From positions 1 through 57,490 of IMG/VR virus record IMGVR_UViG_3300042988_000148: a stretch of 57,490 nt of DNA, one strand, 5' to 3'. A program made the position numbers and the translations under genes. Under the pieces are notes generated by a model. The model saw only the letters and a list, made by a program, of their open reading frames with translations, searched no databases and was not told the origin of the DNA. This DNA comes from a virus. Lineage: Duplodnaviria; Caudoviricetes. Shown here piece after piece: positions 42,785 to 52,141 of this stretch (within the stretch, counting starts at the first letter, position 1; every line of letters starts with the position of its first letter).

Positions 42785-44195
42785 AGAAGCAACACCAACT
42801 GAAAACGTCATCTTCAAACCCAACCCCGGCCCACAGACATTCTTTCTAGCCGCTGGTGAACGTGAAGTGTTGTATGGTGGTGCTGCTGGTGGTGGTAAAA
42901 GCTATGCTATGTTGGCTGATCCACTTCGGTATATGGCTCATCCACAGTTTTCTGGGCTGCTCCTGCGTCACACGACAGAGGAACTGCGTGAACTGATTTG
43001 GAAATCGCAGGAGATGTATCCGAAAATCTACCCCGGCATCAAATGGTCGGAGAGAAAGATGCAGTGGCAGCATCCTTCTGGTGCTAGATTGTGGATGTCC
43101 TACCTTGATAGAGACGAAGACGTACTGCGTTATCAGGGTTTGGCCTTCAGCTGGATTGGTTTTGACGAATTGACACAGTGGCATAGTCCGTTTGCGTGGA
43201 ACTACATGCGTTCTCGCTTGCGTACACCTGCTTCAGACCTCCCAATTTTCATGAGAGCCACCACCAACCCCGGTGGACCCGGTCATGCTTGGGTGAAAAA
43301 GATGTTCATTGACCCGTCTCAGCCCGGTAAAGCGTTCTACGCTACCGATTTGGAGACTGGAAAGACCATGACCTACCCAAAAGGTCACAGTAAAGAGGGA
43401 CAACCTCTGTTTAAACGGCGGTTTATCCCCGCTATGCTGACTGATAACCCCTATTTGGCTGAGGCTGGTGACTATGAGACGATGTTGTTGTCTCTTCCAG
43501 AGCACCAACGCAAGCAATTGTTGGAAGGTAACTGGGATATCTCTGAGGGTGCTGCGTTTCCTGAGTTCAACAGGGCAATTCACGTGGTTGAACCCTTTGA
43601 CATCCCTAAAACGTGGGCGAAATTCAGGGCTTGCGACTACGGCTATGGTAGCTATAGCGCTGTTGTGTGGTTTGCTGTCAGCCCAAGTGACCAACTCATC
43701 ATCTATCGTGAGCTTTATGTCAGCAAAGTGCTGGCAAAGGACTTGGCACACATGGTGTTAAGGGCTGAAGAGAACGATGGTGTCATTCGCTACGGTGTAT
43801 TGGACAGTAGTTGCTGGGCAAAGCGTGGTGACACAGGTCCATCGTTGGCTGAACAGATGATTTTGGAAGGATGCCGGTGGCGACCTGCAGATCGTAGCGC
43901 TGGTTCTCGTGTTGCTGGTAAGAATGAGTTGCATCGTCGCCTGCAACTTGATCAATTCACAGAACAACCGCGATTGGTCATCACTAGTAATTGCATTAAC
44001 ACAATTGCGCAGTTGCCTGTTATACCTCTGGATAAAAAGAATTCAGAAGATATTGATACTCGCTCTGAAGATCACCTTTATGATGCTATTCGTTATGGCA
44101 TTATGAGTAGGCCACGTAGTAGTTTGTTCGACTACAATCCTCTCACTACATCTCATGCGGGAATGCGTATGGCAGACCCCACTTTTGGATATTAA
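42606..44195 (+). CDS. terL: Terminase large subunit (start uncertain)
   Basis: Walker A GGAAGGGKS, Walker B IGFDE, ATTNPGG, nuclease DYG and DHLYDA. Confidence 0.95.
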   Translation: MNSPNDKEQLLIESLPSGTKKPLKKRKSSNSASAQRKTKDTSQATNIVVQEIASPNSPIEEATPTENVIFKPNPGPQTFFLAAGEREVLYGGAAGGGKSYAMLADPLRYMAHPQFSGLLLRHTTEELRELIWKSQEMYPKIYPGIKWSERKMQWQHPSGARLWMSYLDRDEDVLRYQGLAFSWIGFDELTQWHSPFAWNYMRSRLRTPASDLPIFMRATTNPGGPGHAWVKKMFIDPSQPGKAFYATDLETGKTMTYPKGHSKEGQPLFKRRFIPAMLTDNPYLAEAGDYETMLLSLPEHQRKQLLEGNWDISEGAAFPEFNRAIHVVEPFDIPKTWAKFRACDYGYGSYSAVVWFAVSPSDQLIIYRELYVSKVLAKDLAHMVLRAEENDGVIRYGVLDSSCWAKRGDTGPSLAEQMILEGCRWRPADRSAGSRVAGKNELHRRLQLDQFTEQPRLVITSNCINTIAQLPVIPLDKKNSEDIDTRSEDHLYDAIRYGIMSRPRSSLFDYNPLTTSHAGMRMADPTFGY

Positions 44196-44198
44196 TAT

Positions 44199-46277
44199 AT
44201 GGCACTTGCTGATAAACCTACAGATGATAAGACATTGGTTCTTGATGATACAAAGAGTGTTGATGCTCAAGACACATTTAAACCCGGCTCCATCATTGCG
44301 TTTATTAATGAGCGATATTCTCGCTCTGAAGAAAATCGTCGTACCGATGAAGATCGTTGGTTGAAAGCCTACCGTAACTATCGTGGTATTTATGGCAGTG
44401 ATGTTCAGTTTACAAAGACTGAGAAGTCACGAGTGTTTATTAAGGTGACAAAGACAAAGGTGCTGGCTGCTTATGGTCAGATTACCGATGTGTTGTTCTC
44501 CAACAATAAGTTTCCTATCAGTATCGATCCATCTGTGTTGCCAGAGGGTGTTGCTGAGTCTGTTCATTTCGATCCTAAAGATCAAGCTGCTGCCACTATT
44601 CCTTTTGGTGAAGAAGGTAGTGCCAACATTCCAAAAGATTTTGACCTCGACAAACTTGAGGAAATGCTTGGCTCTCTCAAGGATGAGCTGAAAGAAGTTC
44701 CCGGCCTCAAAGTTGGTCCGGGCAAGACAGCATCGTCTGCCACTTTCTATCCAGCACTTGTTGCTGCGAAGAAGATGGAGAAGAAGATTCACGATCAGCT
44801 TGATGAAAGCAGCGCAAGTAAGCATCTACGTGCTAGCGCCTTTGAAGCTGCGTTATTTGGTACCGGTGTGATGAAGGGTCCGTTCGCTGTCAACAAAGAA
44901 TATCCAGATTGGTCAGAAGACGGCACGTATAAGCCTCGCATCAAAACTGTCCCTGAAGCGTCTCATGTTTCTCTTTGGAATTTCTATTGGGACCCTGATG
45001 CAAACAACACAGATGAGTGTCAGTATGTTATTGAGCGACACAAACTGTCGCGCAGTCAGCTTCGTGCGCTGAAGAAGCGTCCTCACTTCCGTAAGAATAT
45101 TATTGATCAACTCATCGCTGAGGGCGAAGGTTATGTCAAGAAGTATTGGGAAGACGACTTGAAAGACTATGCTCCAAACTTTGGAGTGCAGCGATTTGAG
45201 GTGTTGGAATATTGGGGCAACGTTGATGTTGACATGCTCATCGAAAACGAAATCGATATTCCAGAAGAGTTGATGGACTCTGGTGAATTGCAAGCCAACA
45301 TTTGGTTCTGCAATAACAAAATCTTGCGGCTTGTATTGAATCCGTTTAAGCCAGCCAAGATTCCGTACTACGCTGTACCTTACGAATTGAACCCCTACTC
45401 TCTGGCAGGTGTCGGTGTCGCTGAAAATATGGACGACACTCAGACCCTAATGAATGGTTTCATGCGTATGGCAGTGGACAACGGTGTCTTGTCTGGCAAC
45501 CTTGTGTTTGAGATTGACGAGACAAACCTTGTTCCCGGTCAAGATCTTGAAGTGTATCCCGGTAAAGTGTTCCGCCGCCAAGGTGGTGCTCCGGGTCAAG
45601 CATTGTTTGGTACCAAATTCCCTAACGTGTCGCAAGAGAACCTGCAGTTGTTCGACAAAGCTCGACAGCTTGCTGATGAATCTACAGGCATGCCTTCATT
45701 TGCACACGGTCAAACTGGTGTGAGTGGTGTTGGTCGTACTGCTTCTGGCATCTCTATGTTGATGAACGCCGCTGGTGGTTCCATCAAAACTGTCATCAAG
45801 AACGTCGATGATTATCTGTTGTCTCCGCTCGGTAAAGCGTTCTTCAACTTCAACATGCAGTTTGATTTCGATCCTGAAATCCGTGGCGATCTTGAAGTGA
45901 ATGCTCGCGGTACAGAATCGTTGATGGCTAACGAGGTTCGTAGTCAGCGACTGATGCAATTCTTGCAGATTGTTAGCAATCCTGCATTGGCTCCGTTTGC
46001 TAAGATGCCTTACATCATTCGTGAGATTGCTCGTTCGATGGATCTGGACGAAGACAAAGTAACCAATAGCATGGAAGAGGCTGCTCGTCAGGCTGCTCTG
46101 AATCCTCCTGCTGCTCCTGCGCCCGGTGGTGCTCCAGCACAAGGTGTTGCTGCACCTCCCGGTGTTGCTGACATGACAGGTGGCGGTGGTGGTAACATTG
46201 GTGTTGGTGCGGCTCCTACGCCGGGTATGCAAGGATTTAGTGGTAATGCACAACAAGCAGTTCCTCCCCAAGCTTAA
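44199..46277 (+). CDS. Portal protein
   Basis: Follows TerL, 692 aa, with motifs GTGVMKGP, GVGVAE and RTASGISML. Confidence 0.9.
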   Translation: MALADKPTDDKTLVLDDTKSVDAQDTFKPGSIIAFINERYSRSEENRRTDEDRWLKAYRNYRGIYGSDVQFTKTEKSRVFIKVTKTKVLAAYGQITDVLFSNNKFPISIDPSVLPEGVAESVHFDPKDQAAATIPFGEEGSANIPKDFDLDKLEEMLGSLKDELKEVPGLKVGPGKTASSATFYPALVAAKKMEKKIHDQLDESSASKHLRASAFEAALFGTGVMKGPFAVNKEYPDWSEDGTYKPRIKTVPEASHVSLWNFYWDPDANNTDECQYVIERHKLSRSQLRALKKRPHFRKNIIDQLIAEGEGYVKKYWEDDLKDYAPNFGVQRFEVLEYWGNVDVDMLIENEIDIPEELMDSGELQANIWFCNNKILRLVLNPFKPAKIPYYAVPYELNPYSLAGVGVAENMDDTQTLMNGFMRMAVDNGVLSGNLVFEIDETNLVPGQDLEVYPGKVFRRQGGAPGQALFGTKFPNVSQENLQLFDKARQLADESTGMPSFAHGQTGVSGVGRTASGISMLMNAAGGSIKTVIKNVDDYLLSPLGKAFFNFNMQFDFDPEIRGDLEVNARGTESLMANEVRSQRLMQFLQIVSNPALAPFAKMPYIIREIARSMDLDEDKVTNSMEEAARQAALNPPAAPAPGGAPAQGVAAPPGVADMTGGGGGNIGVGAAPTPGMQGFSGNAQQAVPPQA

Positions 46278-46461
46278 AAGTCTACTCAACACCCCACACA
46301 TGTGGGGTGCCTTTGTAGAGAAACTCGAATACGACATTTCGATGCAGCAACGAAAACTAGAACAAGCATCTGAGATGTCGGACGTTTATAAGGCACAGGG
46401 TGCCATTGCTGCATTGCGTCAGCTTAAATATTTGAAGGATGAGATCGATGCTCACAAATGA
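46246..46461 (+). CDS. Small conserved post-portal protein
   Basis: ATG at 46246 with AAGGA SD. YKAQG-x4-LR-x-L motif. Confidence 0.7.
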   Translation: MHNKQFLPKLKSLLNTPHMWGAFVEKLEYDISMQQRKLEQASEMSDVYKAQGAIAALRQLKYLKDEIDAHK

Positions 46462-48295
46462 AATGAATCAGATGTTCGCTGATGGTGGCGTAATGCAAGA
46501 GGGCGGCACCGTCGATCCTGTATCGGGTAATGATGTACCTCCCGGTGCTATGAAGGAAGAGGTTCGTGATGACATTGACGCTAAGCTAAGCGAAGGTGAG
46601 TTTGTCATCCCGGCTGATGTTGTTCGCTACATCGGTCTTGAAACATTGATGAAGCTTCGTGACAAAGCCAAAGAAGGTCTGAAGCGCATGGAAGAGATTG
46701 GTCAGATGGGTAATGCTGACAGTGTTCCTGATGCTGAAGCAACTCATGGTGGTGCTATGGACGATGACAGTTTTTCTTCTGAGATTGACTCCATCATGGA
46801 AGAAGAACGTCAGTATGCTAAAGGCGGGTGGGTTGCGCCAAAGAATGATGCCGCTCCTGCCTCTTCAAGCACCGAGGCATATATCTTACCTGAGAACAAA
46901 CAGACGTATAGCAACGCACCAATTCGTGGATTTGAAATGGTTCCGATGGTGAACAATGCTGGTCAAACTATTTATATTCCATTTATTAATGGCGTTGCTC
47001 AATTGAGTATTCCTCCGGGTTATACAGTTCGTACCGGTGGTGCTGCCACAACAACTGGTACAGCTTCTACAACAACCGGCGGTACTACAGCAACCGGTGG
47101 TGGTGATAGTGGTGGAGCAGGTGCCGGTGATGGCGGTACTGGTACAGGTACTGGTGTTGGTAGTGGACTTGGTAGTAGCACTAGTGTTGGTCCTGATGGC
47201 ACAGTCAGTGCTAACTCAGTAAGTCCAACAGCAATGGGTATTGCCGGTGCTGTTGTTGGTACAGCGCTTGGTCTTGGTCCTACTCTTGGGTTTGCCATCG
47301 GTAAGGGTATTGCCAACTCCGCAAACTCAGCAGCCGCAACCACTGCTGCAGCCGCTACAGCCGCCAACGTTGATTCTGTTAGTCAGAGTATTGATGGTCA
47401 AAATACTGCAACCGAAGGTGTTGGTGGTACAGGCGGTGCTGCCGCCGCCGCAGCCGCTGCTGCCGCCGCTGCTGCTTCTGCTGCTGGTATGTCTGATGCC
47501 GCAATTGGCGCTGCTTCTCAGGCTGCTGCCGATTCTACTGTTGCAGGTAATGATGCTGCAACTGCTGCCGCTGCCGCTGCTGCTGCAGCTGATGCTGTTG
47601 ATGGCGCAACATCCCCGTCGAGTGCAAATGCTGTAAACGGCATGGATGCACAGAGTGATGCTGCAACTGCTGCTGCCGCTGATGGTTCTTCTGGAGATAG
47701 CAGCACAGGTGACAGTACAGGTGATAGCGGTCCCGGTGGTTCTTCTGGCGACTCGGCTGCTGCTGCCGCTGGTGCCAGCGCTGCTGGTCCGGGCGATGGT
47801 GGTACCGGTGATGGTGGTACCGGTGATGGTAGTTCTGCTGCCGGTGACGGCGGCGCTGCTGCTGCTTCTGGTGATGGAGGTGATGGTGGTGGCGGTGGTG
47901 GCGGTGGTGGCGGTGGTGGTTGCTTTATCACAACAGCTGCTGTTGACTACTTGAATGAAAAAGATGAAGGTGAAACACTGAGTGTTCTTCGAAAGTTTCG
48001 AGACGAATACATGATGAGTGATCCGAAACTTGTTTCAGATATCAAATGGTATTATGATAATTCTCCAACAATTGTTGATAATCTCAATGATCGAGAAGAC
48101 GCACGAAAAGTATATACACGTATCTATCATCAATATCTCCGACCTGCAGTAAGTGCAATTAAAAATGGAGATGAAAAGAAGGCATATTCTTTGTACAAGA
48201 GAGTGATTGAATATGCTGCTGATATGGCTGGTGTTAAAGAAAAAAGCTTTGAGAAACAGACTGAGAAAAAAAGTCTAGGTACTCGTCGCAAATAA
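46448..48295 (+). CDS. Virion protein: LSEGEFVIPADVV domain, Gly/Ala-rich linker, C-terminal CFI-box-like domain
   Basis: DDIDAKLSEGEFVIPADVVR, low-complexity linker, then poly-Gly-CFITTA...LRKFRD...YY-x2-SP. Confidence 0.75.
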   Translation: MLTNEMNQMFADGGVMQEGGTVDPVSGNDVPPGAMKEEVRDDIDAKLSEGEFVIPADVVRYIGLETLMKLRDKAKEGLKRMEEIGQMGNADSVPDAEATHGGAMDDDSFSSEIDSIMEEERQYAKGGWVAPKNDAAPASSSTEAYILPENKQTYSNAPIRGFEMVPMVNNAGQTIYIPFINGVAQLSIPPGYTVRTGGAATTTGTASTTTGGTTATGGGDSGGAGAGDGGTGTGTGVGSGLGSSTSVGPDGTVSANSVSPTAMGIAGAVVGTALGLGPTLGFAIGKGIANSANSAAATTAAAATAANVDSVSQSIDGQNTATEGVGGTGGAAAAAAAAAAAAASAAGMSDAAIGAASQAAADSTVAGNDAATAAAAAAAAADAVDGATSPSSANAVNGMDAQSDAATAAAADGSSGDSSTGDSTGDSGPGGSSGDSAAAAAGASAAGPGDGGTGDGGTGDGSSAAGDGGAAAASGDGGDGGGGGGGGGGGGCFITTAAVDYLNEKDEGETLSVLRKFRDEYMMSDPKLVSDIKWYYDNSPTIVDNLNDREDARKVYTRIYHQYLRPAVSAIKNGDEKKAYSLYKRVIEYAADMAGVKEKSFEKQTEKKSLGTRRK

Positions 48296-48416
48296 GCTAC
48301 AATATGAATACCAAAATCTGTGGTGGGCAGATTGGTACTCAATAACACCCACCATCATTGGCTACCTGACTCCCCGATGTGTCGGCTACAGCGCAGCCCC
48401 AACTTAAAAGGCATAC

Positions 48417-49286
48417 ATGTCTACTATTGCAACAGAACCAAGTTCGCAGAAAACTGCAGTTCAACCTTTCGGTAAGCGTAACGCAAACCGTGAACGGATT
48501 AATCAAGATGAGGAAGAGCTGAAAGCACTGCTCACTCAGAATAAAGAAGAATCAGATCCGTCTATTAAACCTGATGATGGTGATGAAAATCTGTCACCTG
48601 AAGAGAAGAGTTTTAAAAAGCGTTATGGCGATCTTCGCCGTCATTCGCAACAACAGGCAGCAACTCTGCAGAAACAAATTGATGAGCTGAAAGAACAACT
48701 CACTCAGTCTACTCAGCAACAGATCAAACTTCCAACAAGTGAAGAAGATCTGGCTACTTGGGCAAAGACATACCCTGATGTTGCAAAGATTGTTGAGACT
48801 ATTGCAATCAAGAAAGCCAAAGAACAAGCTGCTGTGTTGGAAGAGCGGTTTAAAGCTTTAGATGAAAAAGAAAAGATGACGGCTCGTGAGTCTGCAGAGT
48901 TTGAATTGTTGAAGATTCATCCTGACTTTGACAAGATTCGAGACACCGACGACTTCCATGATTGGGCTGAAGAGCAACCTAAGTGGGTGCAACAAGCTCT
49001 GTATGAGAATGACACTGACGCTCGTGCCGCTGCTCGTGCCATTGATCTGTACAAAATTGATCGTGGCATTGGTAAGAAAGCTACCAAGAAAGACGACAGC
49101 GCTGCACACAGTGTTGGTGCTCGTAGTGGTAAGTCTGCACCGTCTGGTGAAAGCAACGATGGTGTCATCTATGAGTCGCAAGTGGCTAAGATGTCTAGTC
49201 GTGAATATGAAGCTAGCGTAGAAGCAATTCAGAAAGCTATGCAGACTGGAAAGTTTGTTTACGATTTGTCAGGCAATGCCCGATAA
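48417..49286 (+). CDS. Capsid scaffolding protein
   Basis: Charged helical protein with FKKRYGDLRRH and HPDF, upstream of the major capsid gene. Confidence 0.8.
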   Translation: MSTIATEPSSQKTAVQPFGKRNANRERINQDEEELKALLTQNKEESDPSIKPDDGDENLSPEEKSFKKRYGDLRRHSQQQAATLQKQIDELKEQLTQSTQQQIKLPTSEEDLATWAKTYPDVAKIVETIAIKKAKEQAAVLEERFKALDEKEKMTARESAEFELLKIHPDFDKIRDTDDFHDWAEEQPKWVQQALYENDTDARAAARAIDLYKIDRGIGKKATKKDDSAAHSVGARSGKSAPSGESNDGVIYESQVAKMSSREYEASVEAIQKAMQTGKFVYDLSGNAR

Positions 49287-49289
49287 ATA

Positions 49290-49319
49290 TTGACACGGGC
49301 TAAAAAAGTCTGGTATAAC
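49290..49319 (+). promoter_or_regulatory. Sigma70-type promoter with extended -10
   Basis: TTGACA-N18-TATAAC, with TG at -15/-14. Confidence 0.75.
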
Positions 49320-49401
49320 TTTTAATAGGACGAAGAGGGTAGCTCCCCTGACTGTGCTAACTCACAGCCTAGTCCTTTGTTGAACCTAGTTAGGGGTTGT
49401 T

Positions 49402-49914
49402 ATGAATGATGTTGTTAAGACTTGTCGCGTGTGTGGCGAGACTAAATTATTGAGTGAGTTTTATGGTACACGTAATGACTGTAAAGTCTGTACTAGAAAA
49501 ACAACAGCTCGTAATAGAATAGGATATGTTCCTCTGCATGAGCGAGATGTTACTTCAAGACTGAAGAACCTTCGAACAAAAGCAAAGCTTAGAACTAAAA
49601 ATTTTAATCTTATAGATCAGGATCTTATTGATTTATGGGATAAACAAAATGGTCAATGTGCTTATACAAAACTGCCGCTGCTTGCAACAGCCAACCAGTT
49701 TAATACAATAAGTCTTGACAGAGTGGATAGCAGTAAAGGGTATGTTGTTGGTAACGTTCAACTTGTCTGTGCTGCTATCAATAAGATGAAGCAAGAGTAT
49801 ACAGAAGATCTGTTCATACTGTTGAGTCATTTTGTAGCGCAAAACAATAAACTGTCAGAAGTACCTGAAGTTTTGTTAGCCCGTTATTTTCCATTGGGCA
49901 CTTTGGAAGAATAA
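49402..49914 (+). CDS. Free-standing HNH-like (His-Me finger) endonuclease
   Basis: CRVC...CKVC zinc motif, QNGQCAYT and SLDRVDSSKGY-x2-GNVQLVC-x3-N-x2-K. Confidence 0.75.
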   Translation: MNDVVKTCRVCGETKLLSEFYGTRNDCKVCTRKTTARNRIGYVPLHERDVTSRLKNLRTKAKLRTKNFNLIDQDLIDLWDKQNGQCAYTKLPLLATANQFNTISLDRVDSSKGYVVGNVQLVCAAINKMKQEYTEDLFILLSHFVAQNNKLSEVPEVLLARYFPLGTLEE

Positions 49915-49992
49915 TGTACCTAGCGAAGTCAGCCTCTGTAGTGGTGTTAGCGTATTTAACTATATGCCAATATATCTATAGGAGATTTAAAA

Positions 49993-51063
49993 ATGGCTTT
50001 TCCTTCCGCATCCGGTCACGGCTCACTTCCAAATGGTAATTTTTCGCCCGTAATCTATTCCAAGCAAGTACAGCTTGCTTTCCGTAAATCGTCTACCGTT
50101 GAAGACATCACTAACAATGACTACTTCGGTGAAATCGCCAACATGGGCGACAGCGTCAAGATCATCAAAGAACCTGAAGTGTCGGTGCAGGGTTATTCCC
50201 GTGGTACTCAGATCACTGCTCAAGACCTGAACGACGAAGACTTCACCTTGGTTGTTGACCAAGCGAACTACTTTGCCTTCAAGATTGACGACATCGAAGC
50301 CGCTCACTCTCATGTAAATTTCATGCAAATGGCTTCTGACCGCGCTGCTTATCGCCTGCGTGACCAGTATGACCAAGACGTTCTCGGCTATCTGTCGGGT
50401 TACACTCAGTCTGCCAAGCACTCTAGCCCTGACACTGCTCGTACCACTATCCCCGGTACCAAGGCTGTGTCCGCTGCCGGTGCTGACGAACTGTTGGCTT
50501 CGATGAAGTTGAAGAAAGGTAGCTTCGGTAACATCACTACCTCTTCGGCTGGTGATCACTCCATCCCTGTGGCTCCTCGCCTGCCCGGTGCTACTTCGGT
50601 TCCTACCGCTACTGCCTCGCCTTTGCAAGTGATTGCTCGCATGGGTCGTCTGCTGGATCAACAATTCGTTGACTCGCAAGGTCGTTGGTTGGTGGTCGAT
50701 CCAGTGTTCATCGAAATGCTGAAGGACGAAGACAGCCGCCTGTTGAATGGTGACTTCGGTGGTTCCGGTCTGCAAAACGGTCTGGTGATCAACAACCTGC
50801 ACGGTTTCCGTGTGTATGTGTCTAACAATCTGCCTAAGATTGGTGGCGGCGCTGGCACTAGCGGTACTGCTAACCAGAACACCGACTTCGGCGTGATCGT
50901 TGGTGGTCATGACTCCGCTGTGGCAACTGCTCAGCAGATCAACAAGACCGAAACATATCGTGACCCCGACAGCTTTGCTGACGTCGTGCGCGGTATGCAC
51001 CTGTATGGTCGTAAGATCCTCCGCCCCGAAGGCATCGTTACTGCGAAGTACAACGCTGCTTGA
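49993..51063 (+). CDS. Major capsid protein (HK97 fold)
   Basis: GGAG SD, FSPVIYS, GDSVKI and C-terminal RGMHLYGRKILRP. Codon usage looks like a highly expressed gene, and a terminator follows. Confidence 0.92.
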   Translation: MAFPSASGHGSLPNGNFSPVIYSKQVQLAFRKSSTVEDITNNDYFGEIANMGDSVKIIKEPEVSVQGYSRGTQITAQDLNDEDFTLVVDQANYFAFKIDDIEAAHSHVNFMQMASDRAAYRLRDQYDQDVLGYLSGYTQSAKHSSPDTARTTIPGTKAVSAAGADELLASMKLKKGSFGNITTSSAGDHSIPVAPRLPGATSVPTATASPLQVIARMGRLLDQQFVDSQGRWLVVDPVFIEMLKDEDSRLLNGDFGGSGLQNGLVINNLHGFRVYVSNNLPKIGGGAGTSGTANQNTDFGVIVGGHDSAVATAQQINKTETYRDPDSFADVVRGMHLYGRKILRPEGIVTAKYNAA

Positions 51064-51070
51064 TGAAATA

Positions 51071-51099
51071 GGGGAGGCTCAAAAGGCTTCCCCGTTTCT
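51071..51099 (+). terminator. Rho-independent terminator after the major capsid gene
   Basis: GGGGAGGC-tcaaaag-GCTTCCCC-gttt. Confidence 0.7.
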
Positions 51100-51122
51100 A
51101 CATTTTTAAAAGGAAATATTAA

Positions 51123-51611
51123 ATGTCTACTGTTACTACTCTGGCTGCTGGCTACACTGCTGGTCGTACCGCTGGTTCCGTTCCCTACTTGGTTGATGTG
51201 AATATCGACTTCGCTGCTGCCGCTGCTGCTAAAGGCAGTGATTTGGCTGCTGCCGACATCATCCAATGTATCAACGTTCCTGCTAATACCCTCATCCTGA
51301 ATGCTGGTATCGAAGTCATCACCGTCACTGGTGGTGAGTCTTCTGACACCACTTACGACTTGGGCGTGACCGGTGTTGAAGCTGATAACTTCGTTGACGG
51401 CTTTGATGGTGATGCTGCTACTGCTGGTGCCTACGCACAGAACGCTGCTGCTTATCAGCCTCTCGTGAACGCAACCGCCGACACTATCGACTTGCTCATC
51501 GCAACCGCTACCACCGCACCTACCTCTGGTGTGTTCCGTGTGTGGGCTGTGCTGATGGATATCGATGGTCGTATCGGTGCCGCTTCGGTTGACCGCGAAC
51601 AACTGGCCTAA
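51123..51611 (+). CDS. Capsid decoration/minor capsid protein
   Basis: Follows the major capsid gene, beta-rich, AAGGA SD. Confidence 0.65.
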   Translation: MSTVTTLAAGYTAGRTAGSVPYLVDVNIDFAAAAAAKGSDLAAADIIQCINVPANTLILNAGIEVITVTGGESSDTTYDLGVTGVEADNFVDGFDGDAATAGAYAQNAAAYQPLVNATADTIDLLIATATTAPTSGVFRVWAVLMDIDGRIGAASVDREQLA

Positions 51612-51624
51612 TCTCCAGTGAAAT

Positions 51625-51659
51625 AAAAGGGGAGGGTCTTACTCAAGGCTCTCCCTTTT
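51625..51659 (+). terminator. Rho-independent terminator
   Basis: AAAAGGGGAGGGTC-ttactcaa-GGCTCTCCCTTTT. Confidence 0.7.
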
Positions 51660-51684
51660 GTTGTTTATACATACAGGAAATATC

Positions 51685-52128
51685 ATGTCCATTACCTCTG
51701 CCGTCTGCACTAGCTTCAAAAAAGAACTGTTGGAGCGTAAGCACGACTTCAACGCCACTAGCGGTCATACGTTTAAAATTGCTTTGTATACATCGTCGGC
51801 CTCACTTGATGCTTCTACCACCGATTATTCAACCACTAACGAAGTGACGGGTACTGGTTACACTGCCGGTGGTGCTACTTTGACTAACATTGATCCGACA
51901 TCTAGCGGCACTACTGCCTTCATTGACTTTGCTGATGCTACTTGGCCTAACGCTACAATCACCGCTGCAGGCGCTTTGATTTACAACACAACCACTGACG
52001 GTGGTACTGGTACAACCGATGCTGTTGCTGTCATTTCATTTGGTGGTGATAAAACATCTACTAATGGTGACTTTGTTGTACAGTTCCCAGCAGCTGACGC
52101 TTCTAACGCTATTGTTCGTCTTGCTTAA
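51685..52128 (+). CDS. Virion structural protein
   Basis: ATG at 51685. SFKKELL...FKIALY...NEV-x-GTGYTAGG...GALIYN. Confidence 0.75.
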   Translation: MSITSAVCTSFKKELLERKHDFNATSGHTFKIALYTSSASLDASTTDYSTTNEVTGTGYTAGGATLTNIDPTSSGTTAFIDFADATWPNATITAAGALIYNTTTDGGTGTTDAVAVISFGGDKTSTNGDFVVQFPAADASNAIVRLA

Positions 52129-52141
52129 TAGATAGGCATAG

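Noticed and set aside
47030-47920. GCT/GGT-rich repeats resembling an array
   Set aside because: In-frame low-complexity Ala/Gly coding sequence with no constant repeat-spacer structure; not CRISPR.
50023-51000. Long antisense ORFs (also 12969-14024, 23316-23909, 31979-32671, 32994-33608)
   Set aside because: Shadow frames of well-supported genes caused by codon bias, with no SD or recognisable motifs.
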